Part shown: positions 52,372 through 64,000 of the stretch, piece after piece
How the letters are laid out: the number at the start of each line of letters is the position of its first letter
How positions within the stretch are numbered: position 1 is the stretch's first letter
Origin: Ruditapes philippinarum
Lineage: Eukaryota
Length of the DNA stretch: 64,000 nt
Reading direction: 5' to 3'
Assembly: GCF_026571515.1 (NCBI RefSeq)
Contig: NW_026855905.1
Coordinates: forward strand, 1 to 64,000
Notes under the pieces: generated by a model
The model's input: the letters and a program-made list of their open reading frames with translations, nothing else
Databases searched by the model: none
Told to the model about the DNA's origin: nothing
Program-made: the position numbers and the translations under genes

Positions 52372-52730
52372 AAATCAAACCGAGTCTGCATTTTTCTTGT
52401 TATTTGGTTGTGATTAATGCTTCCGAGGGATCACTTTGTTTCCAGATTTGTATACTTAACAACAGCAGGTGTCAAGTGCTTTGGGCATCTGTAAAAATTG
52501 CCCCGTACTTCAGTGTTGTTATATTTTTCTGGTCCTTCGGGATCATTGATGCCAGCACTATTAAGTGTTGAGAATTGAGTACCGCTCAAATCCGGTGCTA
52601 GGGGGCGTGAGGTATGTGGCACGTATTCATTATCCCTCATGTACAGACTAAATCAAACCGAGTCTGCAATTCTCTTGTAATTTTGTTGTGATTAATGTTT
52701 TCGAGCGATCACTTTGTTTCCAGATTTTCA
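52372..52730 (+). ncRNA. C+A2 unit (278 bp) preceded by the 3' part of another A2
   Basis: aatcaaaccgagtctgca at 52373 and 52651; closing stem GAGAAUUG (52570-77)/CAAUUCUC (52667-74). Confidence 0.6.
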
Positions 52731-54412
52731 TTAGATTAAAGGGAAATGAATAGGAAGGCAGAGACACATTTACATATTTACATATTTTGTTTCATTATAA
52801 TTGATATTTTAATGATATTAATTGGTATAATCATTTAAATGAATGATACATAAAGCATTCCTCTCGAAATTTTGCGACATTTCATTACATCATCTCATCT
52901 TTATAAAAAGGAACACAATTATAACAATTATTGTTTTTCTGTTTAGAACACTTAACAATTTTGTTAAGTTCCACCCATTGTGCGCAAGCACTTTATTTTT
53001 ATTTGGGACCGGTACGCCTTTTTTTCATGGAATATCACTAACGTGTCAAATTAAATGTTCTATGATGATCAACGCTTATTATTTTGGCGTTTTTATTTCT
53101 GAGGCAATTATGATACCGGATGCAAAAACAATTTTACGGCAATTAAAACGGTGATTGTAATGTTAATTACGGCATCTTAATAAGATTTAAACGTCGTATA
53201 CACCACGCAAAGCGGAAGACTACAGTTGATTTTAATTGCCTTTGATTAAAAGAAGTGTGTATGATTCGACACGATCTTTGGTTCATTCCATTATTTTAAT
53301 TATCGACGAATGTCCATGTTTGCATCTAGCTAACGGTTTGTTTTCATAATGCCTCTAGTTACTAATTTATTGTTTTGTTAATAGCCTTGTCGGTTAATAG
53401 AAAAACTTGAGAAAATTGAAAATAACAGAATAATTTTTGCTTTCTTTAATTATATTTAAACACAGTTAAATATTAAAAACGATGAGTATCAATTTATGAA
53501 GATACACTTTTGCTGCCCTGCATTTGACATAATAGTTTGTTTTATTGATACTTTGTACATAACAACATAAACATGGGGCTAACGTTCACCCTACCGGCCA
53601 GACAAACGATTAAGTTGCTCTTGATTCAGCCTTTTAAATTTTTGAATCTTGAAAAACCTGGAAAATTGCTTCTAATATGGTAAACGAAAATTCATAAACC
53701 ATAGAAATGGCTATTTAAATATAAATATGAATGTTTTGTCATAGATATCTAAAGCTATTGATGATATATTTATATATATATTTATTATACCATTTCAAAA
53801 ACGATAATTTTGCTTCTTTTCTCCCAATGACATTTTCTATATTCATCATGTTTGTTCGAGCAGGTGATGTTGCATTTATAGCTTGATGGCAAGTACTGTA
53901 TTTTCTATTTTGGAGATTGGAAATCATGTTATGTTAAACTGGGATATTTTTAGGGTGAATTATTGAAAATATTTATAGAACAACACAGGTACATGAAACA
54001 CAAAGAAAATAAAACCTCCCATATATATATAGAGATAAAATAATAATGTTATATAAATGGATTATTAAATTCAATATAGTTATACTTTCCCCTTATCTGA
54101 TCCCACGTAGGGGAAACTATAACTGTATTGAATTTAATAATCCCTTTATATATATACTTTATCTGTCTAAATTCATTGTATCCTACGGATCTACTTGATC
54201 TTACGGGATCCAGTTGACTTTCGGAAATAGATATATAGTTCTCTGGTCCCAATCGGTGAGGAAGACAATAAGACATCGTTGATTTGTGAGACATGATAAT
54301 AGAGAACAAGTTCTATATATGCGAATGTTGAGCCTGTTTCAATGTGTAGCGCAGTTTGTGACTGTATATAAAGCTGTTCTGAAACCATCATTTTTTTTAT
54401 GGTTGATGAGCA

Positions 54413-55362
54413 GTGGCTATGCTTTACGACTGTTCTGCTAGATTAATGCTTGCAGATTTGCAAGTAGAACTTAGGCATTTACGGTATGAGATATTCAATA
54501 TCAAGACTGAAAATATCAAATTAACAAAAGCTATAACTACGTATGATCATCGAATCGGTTGTCTAGAGATGGAGCTCAACAAATGTAAAAAAGACATAGA
54601 AGTACAAGCACGTGTAAATACAGATTTAATCCGTAAAGTACATACTATAGAAACCAAATTGTCATATGATGAAAAACATGAGTCCAAAAAGATTAACTCC
54701 AAAGCCAATCAAAGTACAATAATAATAACTTCTCCAAGTAGCAATAAGCAAAAAGTAAAGTCATACTCAGCAGCTGTCAAAGAAAATATAAGCACGGTAA
54801 CTCATCCTGATAGAAGCCCAATCGAAAAGAAGAGACAAATATGAATCTACATACTATCATTAATTAAAACAGTCAATGTGCCACTGCTAACAACAACATG
54901 GGAAGTATTGAAGCACACAGTTCAAAATCACAAACAAATGAAAACATGAAAATTGAAACAATTATAAGAGAAAGATCAGAGCATAAATTCAACGGAACAC
55001 AATATGAAAAAGCAGCCGTCTATCACCCAAAAGAAAATGTTCGAGAAAAATCGTGGAATGCATATGACAGCGAGCCGAAATTCGAAAGCATTGATAAACG
55101 AAAAACATCAATATATTGTGTAGATGGTTTAAGAAGTGACTCTAACAGAGCTGGATTAGTAGAATATCTAACTGAACGAGGGATAACACCAGTTAGTGTT
55201 AATTTGTTTCAAAGCAAACGCAAATGCCTCAGTGCTCAAGTTACTGTATATAAAGAAGATGGTTATATAATTGAAAATAAAAGCTTTTGGCTGAAAAAAA
55301 TGTACTGCCGTCGGTGGTATGGAATAAATGAATGGGCAAATTATTACAATGAAAATGTTTAA
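54413..55362 (+). pseudogene. LINE ORF1 (coiled coil, SYSAAV motif, RRM-like C-terminus), disrupted
   Basis: Two ORF pieces (54413-54844 and 54898-55362); heptad-rich N-terminus; C-terminal FW...CRRW directly upstream of ORF2. Confidence 0.75.
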
Positions 55363-58300
55363 ATTTGCATTCTATATCATTTGTGGACTTCTGTTAACAC
55401 CTTTAAATGAAATGTGTTCAAGTACTGAGCAATTAAATATAAACACGTTAACTTGGAATGTTCGAGGCGCTATGTCCTCTTCTGCTAGTTTAAGCAAATT
55501 GTTAGACGTCTTTGATGTTGATATAGCCTTTATATCTGAACATAAATTAAAACTGTAAAGACTTTTTCAATAGCATTCATACAGACTATTTATCTGTTAG
55601 TAGATTTGATAACTCTACCATGAAAAGTACTAAATTGGGGAAAGGAGGCGTCTCTATTTTATATAGAAAACAGTTATCCTTTAATATTAAAGAAATAGAG
55701 CATAGTTTCAGTGATCGCATTGTTGGTATAGAAATATGTCACTCAAATGAAATATCCTCATTCTTATTTTCTGTATACTTACCATCTGTAAATTATGATT
55801 TTGATGAATTCAAAGACTGTATTGACATTTTGGAAACTATTTCAGAAAAATATTCCAAAGAAGGAAATGTTATGTTTTTTGGAGATTTCAATGTTGATGT
55901 ATTTATTGACAAGCCTGACAAAAGAGATAAATATTTCAAGCAGTTTCTTAACAGAAACAACATGTCTTATGCAAAGACTGGAGGTTGTAATCATACGTTT
56001 AGACCTACCTCAAAGACACTTGATTACGTTGTATTCAATCAGTATAATGACAAACTGATATCAAAGTGTGAAGTAATAGACAATGATCTTTGTCATGTTT
56101 CAGATCATAATCCTATACACGCTATATTAAACATCCAATTTTCTAAATATAGCTTTCAAGAAAGTTCTTATCCGAATACAAACGGGTCCAAATGTTTGGA
56201 AAACGAAAAGCGGGAATTCAAAAATATAACAAATATTGATGTCAATGACTACCTTGAAAACGCCGTGAGAAGTGACCCTATAGATTTGATAGACAATATG
56301 AACCTTTATCTTGTTAATCTATTACTTTGTGCAGCTGATAAAACACTTCCAAAATTTAAATTTAACAAGCACTCAAAGCCATATTGGACTAAGGAAGTTA
56401 AGTTTGCGCATAGTGAACAGAGACGTCTTAGACGTATTTGGATATCTGAGGGCAAACCACGTGGTAAATGCAGTGTTTCTTTTACAAACTATAAAAATGC
56501 TAAAAGGAAATTTAAACAAGATCAAGTAAAAGCTATCTCAGACGTGGATCGTCAATTTTATGAATATCTCGAAGAACATGCTGAGTGTGACTCTAAGATT
56601 TTTTGGCGCACTGTTAATCAAAGACGTTAAAAGAAGCAAAACATAGTTCGAGGAATTATATCTGATGACAATAGCGTTCAAGATAACCCCATTGATATCG
56701 CAGAATCCTTTAAAAAACACTATCAACACATATTTCTTCCCACAGAAAGTAATTCATTTTATGAGGATTTTAAAGATAAAGTGGATGCTGAAATGAGAGA
56801 ATTCATTAATTCAAATAGTTTCTCTGAATTTGACAGTATATTTGGGAATTCTGTGCAAGAGAATGAACTTCAAACTGCGATAGATTCTTTGAAAATCAAT
56901 AAAAGTGGAGGTCATGATAAAATTGTAAATGAACATATAAAATATGCAGGGAGTGGTGTTTGCAAGCTATAATTGGAGTTTTTTAACCTAATGATACAGC
57001 ACGAATACATACCGCGCGATCTTAAAAAAGGTATAATCATTCCTGTATTGAAAGAAGGAAAGTGCTCTAAGAAAGTTACGAGTTATAGACCAGTGTCACT
57101 TTTACCAGTTATTTATAAACTGTTTGAAAAAGTTAAAATGAACAGAATACAAAAATGGTTATGTGAGACACAAATGCAATTTCCGAATAAATTACAAAAT
57201 GGCTATCAAAAGTATCTTGGTTCATTAACAACTTAATTTGTCCTGAGAGAAACCGTATCATATTATTGCGAAAATGGTTCAGAACCATATGTTGGTCTTT
57301 TAGACACCTCGTCAGCCTTTGACACAGTCTGGCACAATGGACAATTTAACAAACTCAAACAAATCGGCATACCATCAAAAACTCTACGAATAATAATGAA
57401 ATGCTACAGCGGAATGACGAGTATTATATATGTGAATGGAACTGTCACAGATGCGTTTTTATTGCACCAAGGAAAAGACAGGGAGGAGTGTTGTCAAGTT
57501 TTTACTACTTAATCTACATTAATGATCATCTAAATGAACTAGAAAACAATAAAATAGGTTGTTTTGTAGGAAAATTAAACTGCTCCGCGCCTACAATGAC
57601 AGATGATATTACTCATATTTGCCCGATGCAAATTCTCTACAGTCATCTCTTAATATTGCATATTCATACTCATGTAAATGGAGGTTCCTTTTTAATCGAG
57701 AAAAAAGCAAATTTTTGATATGCAGCTTTAGAAGAAACCCACATATACCCCTCTTTACGGCTGTGAACTATGGAAAAGTATGACATTGAATGATTCAAAT
57801 ATCGTAGAAAGGTTTGTAAGACTCTGTGCCAAACGTATACAAAATTTCAGTCAAAGAACAAGAACGGACATCGCACTAAGTATGCTTGGTTGGTCATCAA
57901 TGGAGTCAAATATTGACAAAAGAAAATAACTTTTTCTCGAAAAACTATGCACAACACCAACAAATCTACTGGCAAGACAAATTTTCGATCTTAGATTACA
58001 GCTGTTTATAAATGGAAATTTCACTATTCAGAATGGATTCATACCAGATATATTTAGAATTCTAGGAAAATATAATTTTACAGATTACTTATACAACTAT
58101 GGCAAAAGTGGTCGTTTTGCTTCTAAATGGATGTGGAAAATAATTGTTAAAAAAAGCTGTTAAATCGTTTACAGTTTTTGAATGGAGAAAAAAAATATCT
58201 TTGAAGATGAAGACTTTATTCGTTTCAGAAGATTACACCTGGACCTTAAACCTGCTATAATTTACTAAATACCACGTAATGCTCAGGAGTTGACTTTGTG

Positions 58301-58649
58301 TATGTACATTGCAAAATTATGGGCAAGTGTATCATACTTAAAAATCCAGATGTGTTTAAAATGTAACGTTCAAACAAGTGATATATTGACGCATATATGT
58401 TTAGAATGTCCATCTAACAACAATGGAAGATCACACTTTTTTGATCAACTCAATTCAATTGTAAATATCAATATTTTACAAGACATACATAATCTTTCAA
58501 ATCCTTTAAAACTTGACGCTATGATGGGATCTCTTCTTTTAAACACATATGCCATAAACCCAAACGAGTACCACTCCTTTTTATTCAAGTCGTTTGCTTA
58601 TATAAAACTTGTTGTAGGCAACAAGTTTACTGTCAGAGAAACTAACTGA
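55350..58649 (+). pseudogene. LINE ORF2 (AP endonuclease and reverse transcriptase), disrupted
   Basis: APE: TWNVRG, ISEHKL, GGVSI, VYLP, GDFN, LDY, SDH. RT: YRPVSLL, AFDTVWH, RQGGVLS, TDD. C-terminal CLKC..H..C. Many stops and frameshifts. Confidence 0.92.
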
Positions 58650-58763
58650 AATATATTTCACAAATTGTGTCGTATCAAACAATAAGCGTACTTAGATGTT
58701 AATCCATTGTTTAGTGTTTTTGTTTTCGTTTCGTTAAAGCACTAATTTTAAATGGTATTTTAG

Positions 58764-58935
58764 NNNNNNNNNNNNNNNNNNNNNNNNNNNNNNNNNNNNN
58801 NNNNNNNNNNNNNNNNNNNNNNNNNNNNNNNNNNNNNNNNNNNNNNNNNNNNNNNNNNNNNNNNNNNNNNNNNNNNNNNNNNNNNNNNNNNNNNNNNNNN
58901 NNNNNNNNNNNNNNNNNNNNNNNNNNNNNNNNNNN
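58764..58935. other. Assembly gap (172 N)
   Basis: Run of n characters. Confidence 0.99.
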
Positions 58936-60221
58936 AAATGTAAATATGTATAATTATATTATGATGCATATAGATTTATGTGCTTAACCTATGTTTACAC
59001 CATGACCTATATTTGCTATGTTGAATTATTGTATAACTTTTAATGATTGTGATTGTACATTTATATATATGTGTTTTTCTTCTATTATGTTAAAATCTAT
59101 GAAAATGTGAAATAAAGTGTAATAAATATTGATTAGGTGCAATATTAACATAAGCATGAAGATGAATTGCTGTTGTTACTTTTCTATAAAGTTTACACGA
59201 ACAGGGTTGTCACTGGTTTCTCACGCCAGTAACCAAAATTGTTCCACAACGAAAGCATATGAAGGTTGCGCATCGAAAGTTTATTTACATTTCTCGGGTA
59301 GATGCGCGTGTCCTGGTTTCTTAGATGTGTTGGATATGTTTAGAGGGTTTATGGATTGTTCTAAGAGCGTTTGTGTTGAAAGTGGTATAATGGTAAGTAT
59401 CTATTATTATTGTTTTGTTTGTCGTATGTATTGAACGTTAAACAGTCATAGTATGCAATATAAGCACGTGTGGGGCTTGTTGATACTTTAATTTAAGTAT
59501 AAGTAACATATTCCACAATGAAATTCATTGTTCCTTGATGTTAGAAACATGTAGAGATACTAATGATATACCACGTTTTATTCAATTTTAATGCTAGGCT
59601 CATTCAAAGGCGTAATTCGTCACGGAGCTTATGAACACCCCGAAGGCTACCGGCCCAACACGATTGGGTCAGAACGGCTTTAAAGTGCAGTTTAAGCAAA
59701 GAGTGTAAGAACAATTTAAGTATTCGCCCGAGATTTTGATTTGAAGGCAGACGAATTGACGTTTGATGAATAAGTGGTAAATAATTAACTTCTATGTCTC
59801 ATATATTTGACATTCCTAAACATGAGACAAGAAAGCCCAAAATAATATAGACCAACATATCAGTCTACAGAAAGCTATCACGAGGCACGCAGACAGTAAG
59901 ACAGTTCCACAAAAAAAAATCTTCGGCAGCATATGGCATAGGCTTAATTATGAACAGTGGTTGGAAAAATAATTTATAAACACTTGAATGCCTCAAAGTT
60001 GTATAATAGTATTAGTTAAACAATTTGCTTATCTGATGTACGGGAGAATATAAAATGGATGAGAGTAATATAGGCCAAGGTTCTAGTTGAAAATCAAATT
60101 TGTCAGTCAAGCTATGTTTTCCCGTTTAACGTCAGCAAATGTACTTTTTTTCTCACAGTATAATATAATGCTTCTTCTATTGAAACTCGATGAAGGGCGC
60201 ACTAAAACAGATAATAAAAGC

Positions 60222-60489
60222 AATTGAGCCGTATCATGACAAAACCAACATAATGAGTTTGCGACAAAACCAACATAGTGCATTTGCGACCAGCATGGAT
60301 CCAGACCAGCCTGCGCATCCGCGCAGTCTGATCAGGATCCATGCTGTTCGCTTACAAACCCTATAACAAGTATAGAAACTGATAGCGAACATCATGGATC
60401 CTGATCAGACTGCGCGGATGCGCAGGCTGGTCTGGATCCATGCTGGTCGCAAATGCACTATGTTGGTTTTGTCGTGACGCGGCTGAATT
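60222..60489. mobile_element. Foldback MITE with terminal inverted repeats of about 100 bp
   Basis: gacaaaaccaacatagtgcatttgcgaccagcatggatccagaccagcctgcgcatccgcgcagtctgatcaggatccatg is mirrored almost perfectly at about 60390-60475; 25-bp internal duplication in the left arm. Confidence 0.9.
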
Positions 60490-62281
60490 AAAGTATAATT
60501 ATATTAATCTGTTGCATTGTTAATTTTCATATATTTTAAAGGCATACTATTCCTCAGAAATAAATACAAATAATTTTCTCTAAAAAGGGCGGGAATTGTT
60601 TTGTAATGTTTTAATGGTGTATTGTTTTGATTCAAGAGTAAATTTGTGTGCAAAAGATTTTTAATTTGAATTTGGGTATTATTATTTTTTTACATATTCA
60701 TTTACATATTTATTGTTGTTGTCATTTATTTATTTTGTTGTTCTTGTTTATAATTTTATAATTCTACCTAAACAGGAGATAATGGATCAAAATAGTTGAT
60801 AAAGTATATTTTAATCATATAATGCCATCATTTTGTTGTTCAAATATTCACATTGATCTTTTTAGTTTATCATTTATTCTTTACCATGCAACGTCCAGTC
60901 TACACTCGAATTTGATAAGAGCATTCAACACCAGGATTTAACGTCATACAAAAATAAAAGAAGATTGATCTTTATGAATTGTGAATGATCAACTTCGGCC
61001 TTTTAAACACAATACCCTAAAACGATTACACGAAACAATATAAAGTATTATTGAAAATGTCCAAGTATTTGTGGATTTCAAAGCAGTGCAATCATCACCT
61101 TTTTGATCAAAATAAATTTATATCAATGTATGAATTATAAATGCTGGTGAATGAAAACTGTCAGATGTTTTTGAACTAACTTTTAAGTCATGTTTCAGAA
61201 AAGACACATCGAAGTAATTAACCTCGAACGCTCCTTTAGATAACTTCAATTAAACTCAGGAAAAATGATGAAATCGTCACAAAATATGTGATGTGATTCC
61301 TTGGATAATTCGAGTATTCTAACAATTCATTGTTATTTGTCTCTCGATGAGATTAAAACAATTCTTTGTAACCACGTGACACTAAAATACAATCTTCAGG
61401 AAGAGATCAGGCAAATATGTTAGATTTCATTTGAGTTTTACCTAAAGCTATTCTCATACACAGCGTGTTTTAGATATTATATTTTGTTTTTTTTAGAAAT
61501 CTCTATAATTGCAAATATTTAAGATAGGTAAACGTTTTTTTGTTTTTTTGCGTTTACGGTTGTTGGTTTCTGTTCCATTAGGTTAAATCAATTCTTTGTA
61601 GCGACGTGTTACTAAAAATACAAACTTCAGAGAGAAATTAGGCAAATGTGTAAGATTTCATTTGGATATTTCCTAAAATAAAATGAAATAAAATATATAT
61701 TGCCTTTGGATTATTATGTTTGTTTGTTAAGAATTCTCAATAATGCAAATATCTTAGCTGCAAGTATCTTTAAAAGAGAGATGAACTTTTTTGTGTCTTT
61801 TCATTTTTCTTTTGATGTGAACAGCCAACCTATCTTCATTATTTGAAATTTAATTAAATTAAAAAAAACATGAACATCTTCAAAATTAGTTATTGAATAG
61901 CAATCACATTTTAGCAGCTTTATGAGTCAAGAATAAATTTGCAATGAAATTATCTTTTTCCAACATTTTTTGCAACAATGCCTTTGTTTTTTGTTAAATA
62001 TGGGAGTTTTAAATGAATATTTTTCTTGCTAAAACAATACAATACAAATTCAAGGTAGCATTACACGAGATATATTTTACTGACTCAAATGCTTTAAAAA
62101 TGTAAAAGAGACTTTTTGTTATCTAATAAACGACTTAAACAATATTTGATTCAGTACTAACTGCATAAAGAATTATTATTAAGTATTAACAATGTATAAG
62201 TAACCTAGTCCTACTCGTATCAACAGTTTAAACATATTTCACTAGGAAATCAAGGAAATGGTTTCTTAAACTGGATAAATT

Positions 62282-62375
62282 GTGATCCATCGAAAGCATT
62301 AAAGATAGCACAATTACATGAAAATTGCAGACCCGGTTAGATTAAGTCTGTACATGAGGGAAAGTAAATAGTGCA
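62282..62375 (-). ncRNA. Motif A2, 3' half
   Basis: gtgatcc...aaaattgcagacccggttagattaagtctgtacatgaggga..gtgca; not present in the paralog near 26200. Confidence 0.45.
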
Positions 62376-62923
62376 TCAAAACTCATAAATAGATAAATCC
62401 AAGTACAGCATGTTCTCCGTCGTTGTTAATGGTACCTTTAATGTGTCACAGTCTATAATCGTAAACACCAGCATGTAAGGAATGATGTAAAATGTATTAT
62501 GTGATTCCTTACTCAACAAAAATTCAGACATGAATAATAGTATTATTGACTATAAGGAAATAATTTCTAAAATTTGCAAAGCTGAGAGAGTTTATTATAT
62601 ATTGATGCAATGACTGTATTTGTTTATTTTCCAAGAGATCCATTATTGTGATACTTCTTGTGTGGTCGATCATTTTAATTAGGTTTCTTGCATTGTTCTG
62701 TCATATTCAATGCTTTGATACATAGTACTTGATATTCCTAGTACTTCGCTGACTGTGCAATTGATAATGTTCTCGAATATTTTATTCGACCTGTTACACT
62801 CATTTTCAAAAGACGTAAATGGTACTTATATGGTATCAAAACTAAGCTTCAATATCAATCAATTGTACACGAGTACGCTTAATCGCTATGCTCATTAAAA
62901 TTTCATTTTGATTAAAGGTTTAT

Positions 62924-62975
62924 AGCCGGTGCTAGGGGGCGTGTAGGATGTTGTACTTAACATTATCCCTCACGT
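62924..62975 (+). ncRNA. Motif A2, internal fragment
   Basis: agccggtgctagggggcgtgtaggatgttgtac..atccctcacg; not present in the paralog near 25300. Confidence 0.45.
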
Positions 62976-64000
62976 TGCATAGTAATATATTTAAAATTTA
63001 CGTAAAACGTCTTAAATATCTTTCATGGAAATCTAAATACGCTCGTGTTCTTTTGGGATTACTTTCTACAAAAAGTTTACTAATAGGAAGATAATATATT
63101 CTGATTTCTGCATATTTAAGGACCAATTATTTCTTTAAATTTGAATGTGCGACACTCATTAAAAATGCTGAACATTTCCCAAAGGCTAGTTTCTATAAGC
63201 TGTTGATTACCCCAAGTTATCCAAAGACGATTTGTAGATATCTTAAAATTTAACAGCTCGTTAAAGCTCTAAATGTATTCCTGTAATAGTTTGCTAAACA
63301 ACTTATTTCCAATGAAAGATTTTATATAAAATTATGTTTATATATGGTGGTCTAATATAATTTTAGTGTAATACATGTTTATCATTTTCACGAAGAATAC
63401 GCATTCTTAAGAAATAAGTTTGAACGGGTATCATTATTTAACTTCGTACAACAGTACGTAATTGTTGAAGAATATTGTTACTTTTGTATTGAAATTTGTA
63501 GTTATGATGCTACTGTGATGAAATATAATCTAATTTTGTTGACAAATGATTAATGATCATAGAAAAATCGTTAGAAAAGTCATTGAAGAGAAGGCCTTAG
63601 TTAAAGGATGAAGTTTCTTCTTAAAAAATCCCGACGAGAAAACATTTAATTTGTACTAATGGCTTACACGATCATTACAATTCGATATCATAAATTTTCT
63701 GTCAGCTATTGTGTCGAGGTACTTGATAATCTCGTTATTGGTATGCATATAACGTATTCTTTCATTCTCAAGAGTATATCAAATGTGGACATATCACTAA
63801 GAGATAGACCACAAGGTTAACAGTGATAAATCATTAATAATTTGATAAGAAAATACCCAATCTTCAATTAACCTTACAGTAACCTATTTGTAAAACTTGT
63901 AGTTTTCTTACCACTTGAGAATTTTACATACTGTAGAAAATTCAATTATTAATAAATCAATAGTTAGAATGATTTAAGAGACAGAAACTTTCTTCGGTAC

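Larger units (their letters stand above)
54020..59128 (+). mobile_element. Near full-length decayed non-LTR retrotransposon (two ORFs, APE-RT)
   Basis: Homology of the host module to 31030-31330 (inverted) stops near 54018; ORF1 and ORF2 remnants follow; TG-rich 3' UTR with AATAAA near 59110-59126. Both ends are approximate. Confidence 0.85.
60620..64000 (-). repeat. Inverted paralog of 23070-28350 (continues past the window end), with an internal tandem duplication of about 230 bp at 61360-61760
   Basis: Reverse-complement collinearity; lacks the three insertions found in the left copy. Confidence 0.9.

Noticed and set aside
52452-52462. ATACTTAAC resembling the U1 snRNA 5' end (ATACTTACC)
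   Set aside because: Not conserved in the 30.8 kb copy, and no U1-70K loop follows. Not a canonical U1 gene.
93-53927. The many 60-103 aa ORFs outside the LINEs
   Set aside because: Low-complexity AT-driven composition, no recognisable domains, and reading frames not preserved between paralogous copies.

Overview
AT-rich animal genomic DNA. The repeat content (Meta-domain tRNA-SINE, GGATCC/TGCGCA foldback MITE, GGAC-microsatellite Helentron-like element) suggests a bivalve mollusc; this is inference. I find no intact host protein-coding gene. The only credible coding sequences are three decayed non-LTR retrotransposons (about 11.4-15.5 kb, 23.5-24.5 kb and 54.0-59.1 kb). The rest is a mosaic of direct and inverted paralogous modules (1-10.6 kb vs 31.3-40.8 kb; 38.5-41.8 kb vs 49.2-52.4 kb; 23.1-28.4 kb vs 60.6-64 kb inverted). 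The most striking signal is a family of apparently structured non-coding elements. A 105-nt four-way-junction core (motif A) occurs in 17 full or partial copies. Its stems change in a compensatory way between two subfamilies while its loops stay nearly invariant (GCCGGUGCUAGGGGGCG, UUGCAC, AAUCAAACC), and it is followed by an Sm-like AAUUUUG and a 3' hairpin. It is preceded by one of two different structured 5' partners (motif B or motif C), forms about 280-bp tandem units, has at least one clean 5'-truncated insertion with a target-site duplication, and sits at several rearrangement junctions. All alignments and folds were done by eye, so boundaries are approximate.
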